Origin: an uncultured virus (IMG/VR IMGVR_UViG_3300031963_009771)
Lineage: Duplodnaviria; Heunggongvirae; Uroviricota; Caudoviricetes
Direction: 5' to 3' (one strand)
DNA: 20,000 nucleotides
Virus record (IMG/VR): IMGVR_UViG_3300031963_009771
Span: 53,214-73,213 of that record
Made by a program: the position numbers and the translations under genes. This document shows, piece after piece, positions 1 through 7,684 of this stretch. The notes below the pieces were generated by a model. It had not been told where the DNA came from and did not search any database. It worked only from the letters and a program-made list of their open reading frames with translations. Each line of letters begins with the position of its first letter. The first letter of the stretch is position 1.

Positions 1-45
1 AAAATGGCAGAAGTGTCATATAAAATATTAAGCAAATATAAGTAG
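1..45 (+). CDS. 3' end of an upstream gene (partial; ...KMAEVSYKILSKYK*)
   Basis: Frame 1 is open from base 1 to TAG at 43-45, 4 nt before the next ATG, matching the tight packing elsewhere. Confidence 0.55.
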   Translation, partial: KMAEVSYKILSKYK

Positions 46-49
46 TATT

Positions 50-1141
50 ATGAATATGAATCTTAAAGAATTGATGAAAGGTATGGGTGTTCAGCCAGGA
101 CAGGTTGTTTCTAACCCTTATGCAAGAGCATTTCAACCACAAGTTGAGACCGTTGTAAAAGAGGAGGAAGATCACGAAGTTTCAATGGCTCAAAGTTCAT
201 TGGATACTATCATTAAGATGGCAACTGAATTAAAAGCCAAAATGGGTGAAAACGAAAAGGATATACCTGCTTGGATTCAAGACCATATTACTAATGCAGA
301 AAACTTCATTTCACAGGCATCATCAAACTATCATGAATATGGAACAAACGAAATTAAGTTTGATGAAATTAGAGTTTTATCTAAAGAAGAATTTTTAAAA
401 GAAGGTAAATTTAAAAAAGATGATTTAGTTTACAATAAAAGAACTAAAACAGTTGGTATTGTAAGATTGGGAGATGATAAGTATGGTGAGGTAAAAACTG
501 ATGCGGATGGTAATGTTAATGTTGATGAATTGGAAAAATACAATCCGATTAAACACAAACATCAGCAAAACGCAAAAGTTGCACCATCTACTGAAAAAGA
601 AGTAAATAGTAGAGGATTGTTTAACCCATTTAAATCAGAATCACTAAAAGAATTTCAAACCGGGTTTTCTGATAAAAAAGTTGATGGCAAAGTTATTGCA
701 GATAGAATGAGAAAACATTCTGAAACGAAAGGTTTTGCGGATAAAGTTGAAAAATTAAAAGCCGTTTCTCCACAAGATTTGGATAAGATGTTACCTGATT
801 ATGTACCAGGTAGTGTAATCAATAAACTATTTAAAGAATCAGTAGGGCGAAGATTAACTGATATAGTTCATTCAATTGTAGAAACACCCGTAATAGGTAA
901 ACCAATTCATTCTAGAGTAGAGGAAGCAAAAAAATATGACATCGGTTCTGGATATATGGGAAACGGTTTAACAATATGGAATAGAGCGGAAGAAGAACAT
1001 GGTGATTACAAAATTATTGCACATATTTCCCCACAAGGTTCATTAACAATTAGAGATAAAGAATTACCTTCCGATTTAAAGAAGACGTTTCAAATTTGGG
1101 CTGATTCAATGAAAAAGGGCAATATGGGCCCAAAATATTAA
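50..1141 (+). CDS. Modular phage protein, probable internal head/virion protein processed by a prohead protease
   Basis: 363-aa ORF. N-terminus MNLKELMK. Segments are separated by hydrophobic-x-E motifs (VVKEEE, FLKEG, ESLKE, IVE, VEEAK). The DHEVSMAQ...IPAWIQDHIT module is of a kind I recognise from large T4-like phage proteins. Confidence 0.55.
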   Translation: MNMNLKELMKGMGVQPGQVVSNPYARAFQPQVETVVKEEEDHEVSMAQSSLDTIIKMATELKAKMGENEKDIPAWIQDHITNAENFISQASSNYHEYGTNEIKFDEIRVLSKEEFLKEGKFKKDDLVYNKRTKTVGIVRLGDDKYGEVKTDADGNVNVDELEKYNPIKHKHQQNAKVAPSTEKEVNSRGLFNPFKSESLKEFQTGFSDKKVDGKVIADRMRKHSETKGFADKVEKLKAVSPQDLDKMLPDYVPGSVINKLFKESVGRRLTDIVHSIVETPVIGKPIHSRVEEAKKYDIGSGYMGNGLTIWNRAEEEHGDYKIIAHISPQGSLTIRDKELPSDLKKTFQIWADSMKKGNMGPKY

Positions 1142-1147
1142 TCGATT

Positions 1148-1459
1148 ATGGAAAACGTATATTCAGTATTAATCACAGCAATTACCGTATTAGGGGGGAC
1201 ATCTGCTTGGAGATACTATGAAAAAAGAGCTGAAAAAAAAGATAAAGATGAAGATTTTATTAAGCACGATTGCAGAGATAGAATTTCAAAATTAGAAGCA
1301 CTTTTAGCAGAATCTTCAAAGGAGAAAGAACAACTTCGTCAAATGATTTTAGATTTAACATCAAAAGTTGCAGAGCTTAAAGTGACAGTTGATTTTTTAA
1401 GAGTTGAAAATGAGGAGTTGAGTAAAAAGGCTAGAACCAAAAAAGTGATTAATGGCTAA
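1148..1459 (+). CDS. N-terminal transmembrane helix plus coiled-coil protein
   Basis: Hydrophobic VYSVLITAITVLGG followed by a heptad-patterned charged helix (RISKLEALLAESSKEKEQLRQMILDLTSKVAELKVTVDFL). Confidence 0.75.
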   Translation: MENVYSVLITAITVLGGTSAWRYYEKRAEKKDKDEDFIKHDCRDRISKLEALLAESSKEKEQLRQMILDLTSKVAELKVTVDFLRVENEELSKKARTKKVING

Positions 1460-1983
1460 TGATAGCAAGAAGTTTATTTGTAGAAGACAAAAAGTTAAGA
1501 GTATTTGATTTTGATGATACCCTCGTCAAAACATCTTCCTATATCTATATCACACATAAAGATGGTAAGAAATCTAAATTAACACCTGGACAATACGCAG
1601 TATATAAAGAAAAGCCGGGAGATGAGTTTGATTTTAGAGATTTCGAAAAAGTAAAAAATCCAATTAAAATTAAAGCCTATTTTGAATTATTAAGAAGAAT
1701 GGTAAGAGATTCTTCAAGAGCGGTTTATATCCTTACTGCTCGTGCGGCCTATAAACCCGTATATGATTTTATTAAGGATAGTGGTATTAAGGATGTGTTT
1801 GTAGTAGCATTAGGTGATAATAATCCTGAAACAAAAGCGGATTGGATTGAAAGGGAAATAAAAAATCACGGATATGATAATGTTTATTTCGTAGATGATT
1901 CTTCTAAAAATGTTGATGCAGTAAGAAGAAGATTAAACAAGTATCCCAATATTAGAAAAAAGATTCAATTGGTTCAAGGATGA
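1459..1983 (+). CDS. HAD-superfamily phosphatase (phage/RNA-repair-associated type)
   Basis: HAD motif I VFDFDDTL, motif II ILTAR, motif III K (ETKADW) and motif IV FVDDS. TAATG stop/start overlap with the upstream gene. Confidence 0.85.
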   Translation: MIARSLFVEDKKLRVFDFDDTLVKTSSYIYITHKDGKKSKLTPGQYAVYKEKPGDEFDFRDFEKVKNPIKIKAYFELLRRMVRDSSRAVYILTARAAYKPVYDFIKDSGIKDVFVVALGDNNPETKADWIEREIKNHGYDNVYFVDDSSKNVDAVRRRLNKYPNIRKKIQLVQG

Positions 1984-2678
1984 TAAAAGAAATAGAAGAG
2001 AATGGCTGTTATTTCGGTCATTTATCTGAAATAAATCCATCTTTATTAAATAAGTTGGAAAAACTAAACCCACTCCTAAATAGAGAATTTTATACAAGAG
2101 TAACTCATTCTTATTTTGGGAACTCTTCCGATAAAATAGAAAGTACTACCGTCTCAACATTCAAAGAGGCCGAAATAATTAAAAACGATTGGTTAAAAAG
2201 AAAATACAAAGATAGAGTTTGGCAAATATTCTATACATTTAATAATGAGAATAATGAAGGTTCAAAAATTTTATCCGAGTTGATACCTGATATAAGAGAA
2301 TTATTTTCTGAAATTATAACATATTGTTATGGTGAGGAAACTTTGGATAGAATTTGGGAAATCAATAGAAATCTAATAAATGTAACAAATTTTACCAAAG
2401 ATTGTTACATAGATAATCACGCAGATGGTGGGAATCCTAATATGGTTTGTAATATTCTTATATATTTAAATAAAGATTGGGTAGATGGAGATGGATGTGA
2501 ATTAGTGATAGGTAATAAATTCAAACAACAACCTAAATGGGGTAATTTTGCGGTTTTAGATTTTGTTAAACATAATCCTTCTCATTCGGTGACACCTTAT
2601 TTATCGGAAAATAATAACAGATTTGCAGTGCTTACAGGAGTATTAACCAAAGAAAATAACTTTATTTACAATAGTTAA
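1980..2678 (+). CDS. 2OG-Fe(II) oxygenase superfamily protein
   Basis: HxD (NHADG), LIYLNKDW..DGCEL, distal His (SHSVTP) and 2OG-binding Arg (NRFAV). ATGA overlap. Confidence 0.85.
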   Translation: MIKEIEENGCYFGHLSEINPSLLNKLEKLNPLLNREFYTRVTHSYFGNSSDKIESTTVSTFKEAEIIKNDWLKRKYKDRVWQIFYTFNNENNEGSKILSELIPDIRELFSEIITYCYGEETLDRIWEINRNLINVTNFTKDCYIDNHADGGNPNMVCNILIYLNKDWVDGDGCELVIGNKFKQQPKWGNFAVLDFVKHNPSHSVTPYLSENNNRFAVLTGVLTKENNFIYNS

Positions 2679-2693
2679 TATTTATATATAAAT
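2678..2693 (+). promoter_or_regulatory. Candidate phage promoter motif ATATTTATA (followed by TATAAAT)
   Basis: The same 9-mer recurs in intergenic DNA at 10739-10747 and 13115-13123. It contains the reverse complement of the T4 late box TATAAATA. Confidence 0.45.
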
Positions 2694-2708
2694 CTAAAAT
2701 AACAAAAA

Positions 2709-2966
2709 ATGACTATTTCAGAATTCAAAATAGAAAATCACAAAAGCATTACAGCAGAAATCGCAGAATCAATGCAATTATTTGATGGAACTTATGCTAA
2801 CGAAGGTGATAAATTAATAGATGCGATGTTGGTAAATGAAGATGGAGCAGAATCTCTAATTCATATGACACCGAATCAAATAGATAGTTTTATTATTGTG
2901 GAAGATGAAGAATACGATATATTCTTACCTCTATCAGAGCAAAAATTTAAAGTAAAATTAAAATAA
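2709..2966 (+). CDS. Small acidic hypothetical protein (paralog A)
   Basis: 85-aa ORF, MTISEFKIEN...QKFKVKLK. Confidence 0.8.
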   Translation: MTISEFKIENHKSITAEIAESMQLFDGTYANEGDKLIDAMLVNEDGAESLIHMTPNQIDSFIIVEDEEYDIFLPLSEQKFKVKLK

Positions 2967-2967
2967 G

Positions 2968-3243
2968 ATGAAAGTATCTGAATGGAAATTAGAAAATGCG
3001 GTGACAATTGATGATGAAAACATAGTATTTTTATCTGAAATTGAATTAGTAACCAAAAACCCATTAGTTAAAGGGGCAAAGTTTATTGATGCAATTTTTG
3101 ATGATAAATATGCCCCATTAGATGGTGCTACTATATATTTTATGGATACTGAATTGGGATTATTTGAAATCACCGAAGATCCAGAATGGGATGATTCATT
3201 GGAAGTAGCCATTCAAAATTTTAAAGTAAAACTTAAAAATTAA
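2968..3243 (+). CDS. Small acidic hypothetical protein (paralog B)
   Basis: 91-aa ORF, MKVSEWKLEN...QNFKVKLKN. Both termini resemble those of the upstream ORF. Confidence 0.8.
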   Translation: MKVSEWKLENAVTIDDENIVFLSEIELVTKNPLVKGAKFIDAIFDDKYAPLDGATIYFMDTELGLFEITEDPEWDDSLEVAIQNFKVKLKN

Positions 3244-3247
3244 TCAA

Positions 3248-5251
3248 ATGCCAGCAGTATCGAAAGCACAACAAAGATTTATGGGTATGGTTCACGCTAC
3301 TCAAAAAGGTGATATGGAAGCACCATCGAAAGAAGTGGAAAAGGTAGCGGATACTATGAAAAAAGTTGATGCGAAAGATTTTGCATCCACAAAGCATAAA
3401 GGATTGCCAACACACGTTAAAGAAAGATTAAAAGAAATCATAAGAGGTGTATTGAGAGCGGAAGGTGCATTTGGCTCAGTAATAGGTGGACCAGAAGATG
3501 GTAGAAACCTAACTGAAATGTCACCTAATGATACACATTTTAAAGGTATAATGGCAATGTATGATAAAGGTGGTTCATTTGCTAAGAAAAAAGTAGGAGC
3601 AGCCGTATCTAAAAACCCAAATGCAAGTAGAAATCAAATTATAGATGATTTAAAGGATTTAGATTATCATGAAATTTTAGACGCAGAAGCTCAGTTAGGA
3701 TTAGATGAAACCATAATGGAAGAATTTAAACATGTTATTCATGTGGATACTCCAACTCAGGTAGTATCTAAACCAATTGCGGCACAAATTATGGCATTGG
3801 CTAAAAAAGGTGTTCGTTCAAATGAAATTGGATTAGAAATGGGATTTGTTGGAAACCAAAAAGCAGCAACCGATGCATTCCAAAAAGTTAAAAATCAGAT
3901 ATACTTTGCATTAGATAAAAGAAATGAATCGGTAAACGAAGGTAAACTTGGAGATACTTGGAGAAAAAATAATAAAAAAGGATTCGTTCTTAAAGTAGGT
4001 AATATAGAACTTAAATCAGCAGGGCCTTCAAACTCACATGATATACTTGTAGACCGTATGCCGTGGGGAACTTTTATGATGGATTATGAAGCCGGTGGGG
4101 ATGATTGGTGGGTAAAACCATTAAGAGGAAAAGATTTTTGGGTAGATTCAATTGATGATTTAGTAAAAAAAATAAAAGGTGATTCACGAATTAAAGAATC
4201 AGTAAACGAGGCATTTAATGTAAGAGATTTACCAACTTGGCTATTTGATGACCCAGTTGATTTTGAAGATTGGTACGAAGATGGAATGAAACTAGATAAA
4301 GGTAAAGGTAAACTTGCTCCATTTAGTAGTTCCGATGAGAAAAAACTATTTCAGTTAGTTGGAATATGGCAGGATTCTGAAGGTGATTATCAATTCGGAA
4401 GAGGAGATTACGGAACTGGTAAAACTACTGGTGCCCGTTCTGCTTCTTATACCGCACAAGATGATATTAAAAAGTTCTTAACTCAAAAGGGAAAAGTTGT
4501 TGATGAATCATTAAGTGAAGCAAAATATCCAACCGATTTAAAAGTAGGTTCGGTAATTATGGGGCAAGGATTTACTAGATTAAAAGGTATTGATGGTGGT
4601 AAATACTATAAGATTGTTGCTATGGATGATACTACAGCAACATTAGTTCCATCGGATAAAAGTGGTAATGTAAAAGGTTCATCAAAAGTTAGACATAAAT
4701 TGGATTCAATTGAAGGTGGTATCAAAACTGCCAAAAGAGGTGATGAAAATGGAATTGTCGTAATCAAAGAATCAGTAAACGAAGGATGGGCATCCGGCCC
4801 TTATGTTGGTCTTGAAATGACACCAACAGGGCCTAAACTAGTTAAGACATTTAGTTCGGGTAGTCAAGCATACGCATGGGTAATGAAAGCTGGCGGTGGA
4901 CATAGTATAATGACTAAAAAACAATGGAATTTGGAGGAATCAATAACTGAAGGTAAACTTGGAGATGATTGTGGATGTAACGAAAATCACGATTGTGGAT
5001 GCGGTGGAGTACATGAGCATAAACATATACATGAAGATTTATCAGCAGATGCAAATGGTATAGCAGGTTTAACTGCTTCAAGAGCAAGTGCAGTTAAGGG
5101 CTTTTTAGAGAAAAATAATATAGATTCAAACAAACTATATCTATTTTTGAAAAAGGGTAATTTAAAAGATAGAATGGATTTTGTAACGGCATTAGTTGGA
5201 AAACCAGGTAATCCTATTCAAAAAAAGGTAATATCGCAATTTAGTAAGTAA
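3248..5251 (+). CDS. Modular polyprotein with N-terminal DUF3008-like domain; probable protease-processed internal head protein
   Basis: MPAVSKAQQRFMG...FASTKHKGLP matches the DUF3008 pattern (MPAxSKAQQ...ASTKxKGxP). Repeated linkers ESVNE (x3), ESLSE and ESITE. Confidence 0.65.
   Translation: MPAVSKAQQRFMGMVHATQKGDMEAPSKEVEKVADTMKKVDAKDFASTKHKGLPTHVKERLKEIIRGVLRAEGAFGSVIGGPEDGRNLTEMSPNDTHFKGIMAMYDKGGSFAKKKVGAAVSKNPNASRNQIIDDLKDLDYHEILDAEAQLGLDETIMEEFKHVIHVDTPTQVVSKPIAAQIMALAKKGVRSNEIGLEMGFVGNQKAATDAFQKVKNQIYFALDKRNESVNEGKLGDTWRKNNKKGFVLKVGNIELKSAGPSNSHDILVDRMPWGTFMMDYEAGGDDWWVKPLRGKDFWVDSIDDLVKKIKGDSRIKESVNEAFNVRDLPTWLFDDPVDFEDWYEDGMKLDKGKGKLAPFSSSDEKKLFQLVGIWQDSEGDYQFGRGDYGTGKTTGARSASYTAQDDIKKFLTQKGKVVDESLSEAKYPTDLKVGSVIMGQGFTRLKGIDGGKYYKIVAMDDTTATLVPSDKSGNVKGSSKVRHKLDSIEGGIKTAKRGDENGIVVIKESVNEGWASGPYVGLEMTPTGPKLVKTFSSGSQAYAWVMKAGGGHSIMTKKQWNLEESITEGKLGDDCGCNENHDCGCGGVHEHKHIHEDLSADANGIAGLTASRASAVKGFLEKNNIDSNKLYLFLKKGNLKDRMDFVTALVGKPGNPIQKKVISQFSK
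3938..4966 (+). repeat. 18-bp exact direct repeat GAAGGTAAACTTGGAGAT (3938-3955 and 4949-4966)
   Basis: Read directly. The spacing of 1011 bp is 337 codons, and both copies encode EGKLGD. Confidence 0.9.
4193..4782 (+). repeat. 17-bp exact direct repeat AAAGAATCAGTAAACGA (4193-4209 and 4766-4782); near-copy at 3926-3939
   Basis: Read directly. The spacing of 573 bp is 191 codons, and the repeat encodes KESVNE. Confidence 0.9.
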
Positions 5252-5252
5252 G

Positions 5253-5546
5253 ATGAAACTAAAAGAATTATTAAAAGTAAAAAACATTTCAGAAGCTAAA
5301 TTAAATGAAGCATCTGAAATTGAATTTAAAGAATTGGATTCTACTAAACAAAAGCAAGTTCAACAATTTGTAAAGTTTTTTGGTGGTAAGATTAATACAA
5401 TTTGGGATGGTATTCATGGTAACATCGTTGATATCAAAATGTCAGAGAAAAATTGGAGAATGGATACACAAGATTTAAAAGATTTAATTTCTTTAAAAAT
5501 TAGATGGATAGAATTTGATAATCAAACAGTCTCAATAGGATTCTAA
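5253..5546 (+). CDS. Hypothetical protein with MKLKELL...E leader (candidate capsid-targeted protein)
   Basis: 97-aa ORF with N-terminus MKLKELLKVKNISEAKLNEA. Confidence 0.7.
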   Translation: MKLKELLKVKNISEAKLNEASEIEFKELDSTKQKQVQQFVKFFGGKINTIWDGIHGNIVDIKMSEKNWRMDTQDLKDLISLKIRWIEFDNQTVSIGF

Positions 5547-5560
5547 ACAATAGAAATAAA

Positions 5561-6259
5561 ATGAAATTAAAAAATATATTAACAGAATCAGCTACATTTA
5601 ACAAAAAAGTAAAAAGTGATTTAGATTCTTATTTAAAGGATTTTAAAGCGGGCACTCCAACTCATCAATGGGCTGTTAAAGAGATACTAAAAGCTGCTTT
5701 AACTGATGCTAATTTTCATAGTGAAGTTAAAAAAGTAGATTCAATGTTCCCTAAAGCAAAATATGAGGGAGATTCGAAGAGTGAAACATCATACCAAAAT
5801 GCAGTAGAGAGGAAGGGTATGGAAATTGCAAATAAAGCAAAATGGGACGGATATGAAATTATAGATGCTATATCGTTTTATACATCAATGACAATTGGTC
5901 ATCCACTTGGTCAAAAAGTATCTTCCTTAAAAGAAAATGTATTTACTAAAAATAAAGTTGAATCTAAATTGACACTTAAGGGTGCAATGAGCGAAGCAAA
6001 ATCTGATTATGAAGTATATCACAAATCATATACATCAGCTATTGAAGCTGCGAGAGCTTATGCTGAAAAAAAGGGATTTGAAATTAATAATGATGATGCG
6101 TTTTCAAAAATAGGTGTTGGGCCAAAGAAACCATCAGAAGGAAAAACAAATAGATTTTCTATTGAATTGCTGAGAGGCGGAAAAGAACAAAGAAAACAAC
6201 TGCATATTCAGGTTTATGGTATGAAAAATGGATATGAATTAAATGCTTATATAGGATAA
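5561..6259 (+). CDS. Two-module hypothetical protein with MKLKNILTE leader (candidate capsid-targeted protein)
   Basis: 232-aa ORF with leader MKLKNILTE and internal LKE / MSEAK linkers between two segments. Confidence 0.7.
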   Translation: MKLKNILTESATFNKKVKSDLDSYLKDFKAGTPTHQWAVKEILKAALTDANFHSEVKKVDSMFPKAKYEGDSKSETSYQNAVERKGMEIANKAKWDGYEIIDAISFYTSMTIGHPLGQKVSSLKENVFTKNKVESKLTLKGAMSEAKSDYEVYHKSYTSAIEAARAYAEKKGFEINNDDAFSKIGVGPKKPSEGKTNRFSIELLRGGKEQRKQLHIQVYGMKNGYELNAYIG

Positions 6260-6269
6260 ATTAAGTTAA

Positions 6270-7007
6270 TTGAAAAGGTTATATTCATTTGGTTGCTCAT
6301 TTACTTCATTAGATTGGAAGAATTGGTGTGTATCTCAATATGGATACCCACCAAATAAATTATATACAGAATTACTCGCAGATGAATTAGGGCTAGAACT
6401 CATAGATTCATCATATTCAGCGAGAGGCAATAACTCAATTTTATTAGATTTTGCATCAACTTCATTTGAGGATGATTCGCTTGTTATTTTACAATTGACA
6501 GGGTTCAATAGATTAGAATTCCTATCATTTGATAAAAATATACAAAAGAATCAAACTTGGTGTTATGATGATTATTTAAAAGGGCCTATTACTACTGCAT
6601 CAATTAAATTTGGTGAAGGTGGTGATGGGTTTTTAAGTTTAGAAGATAGTAGAATGTATTTTAATTTTGTCACTCAATTTGAAAAGATTTTTTTAGTAAA
6701 TGATTTATTTAATGCTAATAAATTAATAAACAAAAAGCAAAACGAAAGTAAAGGTTGTAAATTTTTATTACTTACAATTGAAAATATATTTAATCCTATA
6801 TTTAATGTAGATAGTGAATTTTTTATCCGAAGAAAAGATTTAATTGATAGTATATCCTATAATGGATTTTACGAAGATAATAAAGAATACATTTGGAAAA
6901 ATTGGGCTGAAGAAAAGGGTATAGACAACCAACAAATGTTAAATGATTATCATTTGACAGAAGAAGGTAATAAGAGAGTTTTTGATAAGTTAATAAGGTT
7001 ATGTTAG
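6270..7007 (+). CDS. SGNH/GDSL-fold hydrolase/acyltransferase-like protein (GCS variant)
   Basis: Block I LYSFGCSFT, block II-like SARGNN and block V DYHLTEEGN. TTG start. Confidence 0.75.
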   Translation: MKRLYSFGCSFTSLDWKNWCVSQYGYPPNKLYTELLADELGLELIDSSYSARGNNSILLDFASTSFEDDSLVILQLTGFNRLEFLSFDKNIQKNQTWCYDDYLKGPITTASIKFGEGGDGFLSLEDSRMYFNFVTQFEKIFLVNDLFNANKLINKKQNESKGCKFLLLTIENIFNPIFNVDSEFFIRRKDLIDSISYNGFYEDNKEYIWKNWAEEKGIDNQQMLNDYHLTEEGNKRVFDKLIRLC

Positions 7008-7033
7008 TTTGTATTAATAAATGTTTTTAACAA

Positions 7034-7156
7034 ATGGCAAAATCAGTAGGTTCGGCAAACAAAGTATCTTTCGGAAAGAAAACATCCGGTAAGGCAAAAA
7101 AAGGTTACGGTCCAAAAGAACAAAAACCAAAAAAATATCGCGGACAAGGGCGATAA
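7034..7156 (+). CDS. 40-aa Lys/Gly-rich basic peptide ending KKYRGQGR (not in the ORF track)
   Basis: ATG at 7034 to TAA at 7156 translates as MAKSVGSANKVSFGKKTSGKAKKGYGPKEQKPKKYRGQGR and fills the gap. I recognise the YRGQGR end from small proteins of T4-like phages. Confidence 0.85.
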   Translation: MAKSVGSANKVSFGKKTSGKAKKGYGPKEQKPKKYRGQGR

Positions 7157-7161
7157 GGAGG
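7154..7161 (+). promoter_or_regulatory. Strong Shine-Dalgarno sequence TAAGGAGG
   Basis: GGAGG at 7157-7161, 7 nt upstream of the ATG at 7169, overlapping the previous stop codon. Confidence 0.7.
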
Positions 7162-7168
7162 AACAAAA

Positions 7169-7567
7169 ATGTTTAAACCCAATCACCTACACCTTTTAGT
7201 AAAAGGTTATTTAAAATCACCTCCTCAAACGGAAAAAGTTTTGAATATATGGTTTACTCAATTGGTAAGTAATGTAGGAATGAAAGTAGTAGCAGGCCCT
7301 ACTTCCGTTTATGTAAATGAGCCTGGCAACGAAGGAATTACTGGAACCGTAACATTAGCAACATCACACGCTAGTATTCATGTTTGGGATAGGGATACCC
7401 CACCAATGTTTCAGTTTGATTTATATAGTTGTTCGAATTTTAAACCAAAAGATGTATTAAACCATATTGATGATTGGTTTGGATTACATTCAGCTTATTA
7501 TCAATTCATAGATAGAAATGGTGATAAATTTTTTGAATTAGAAAGCGGAGTTTGGAAAAAAAGATAA
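7169..7567 (+). CDS. speD: S-adenosylmethionine decarboxylase proenzyme family (class 1b, pyruvoyl-dependent)
   Basis: HLLV near the N-terminus, GITGTVTLATSHASIHVW (cf. GxTGVxxLAESHxSIHTW) and FDLYSC. The 132-aa size is typical. Confidence 0.85.
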   Translation: MFKPNHLHLLVKGYLKSPPQTEKVLNIWFTQLVSNVGMKVVAGPTSVYVNEPGNEGITGTVTLATSHASIHVWDRDTPPMFQFDLYSCSNFKPKDVLNHIDDWFGLHSAYYQFIDRNGDKFFELESGVWKKR

Positions 7568-7600
7568 AGGGGGCGGGGGGTTACTCTCCCCCTTTCCCTT
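7567..7600 (+). terminator. GC-rich hairpin, candidate terminator or processing site
   Basis: AAGGGGGCGGGGGG-ttactc-TCCCCCTTTCCCTT forms a ~14-bp stem with G:U pairs and one mismatch, right after the speD stop. There is no immediate U tract; T runs follow at ~7619-7646. Confidence 0.55.
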
Positions 7601-7684
7601 GTCCTTCGGAAGATAAAATTTTTTGATAGTTTTTCACACTTTTTTTCACCCACCACATATATATAATTAAACAAATAATTAGTT

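Noticed and set aside
3926..4966. Repeats read as a CRISPR array or integron attC sites
   Set aside because: They are only 14-18 bp, irregularly spaced by hundreds of bp, non-palindromic and in frame inside one ORF. No cas or integrase gene is present in the window.
7568..7684. tRNA or other known RNA gene in the intergenic gaps (also 13092-13205)
   Set aside because: No cloverleaf or T-loop GTTCRA signature, and no Rfam-type motif that I can recognise.
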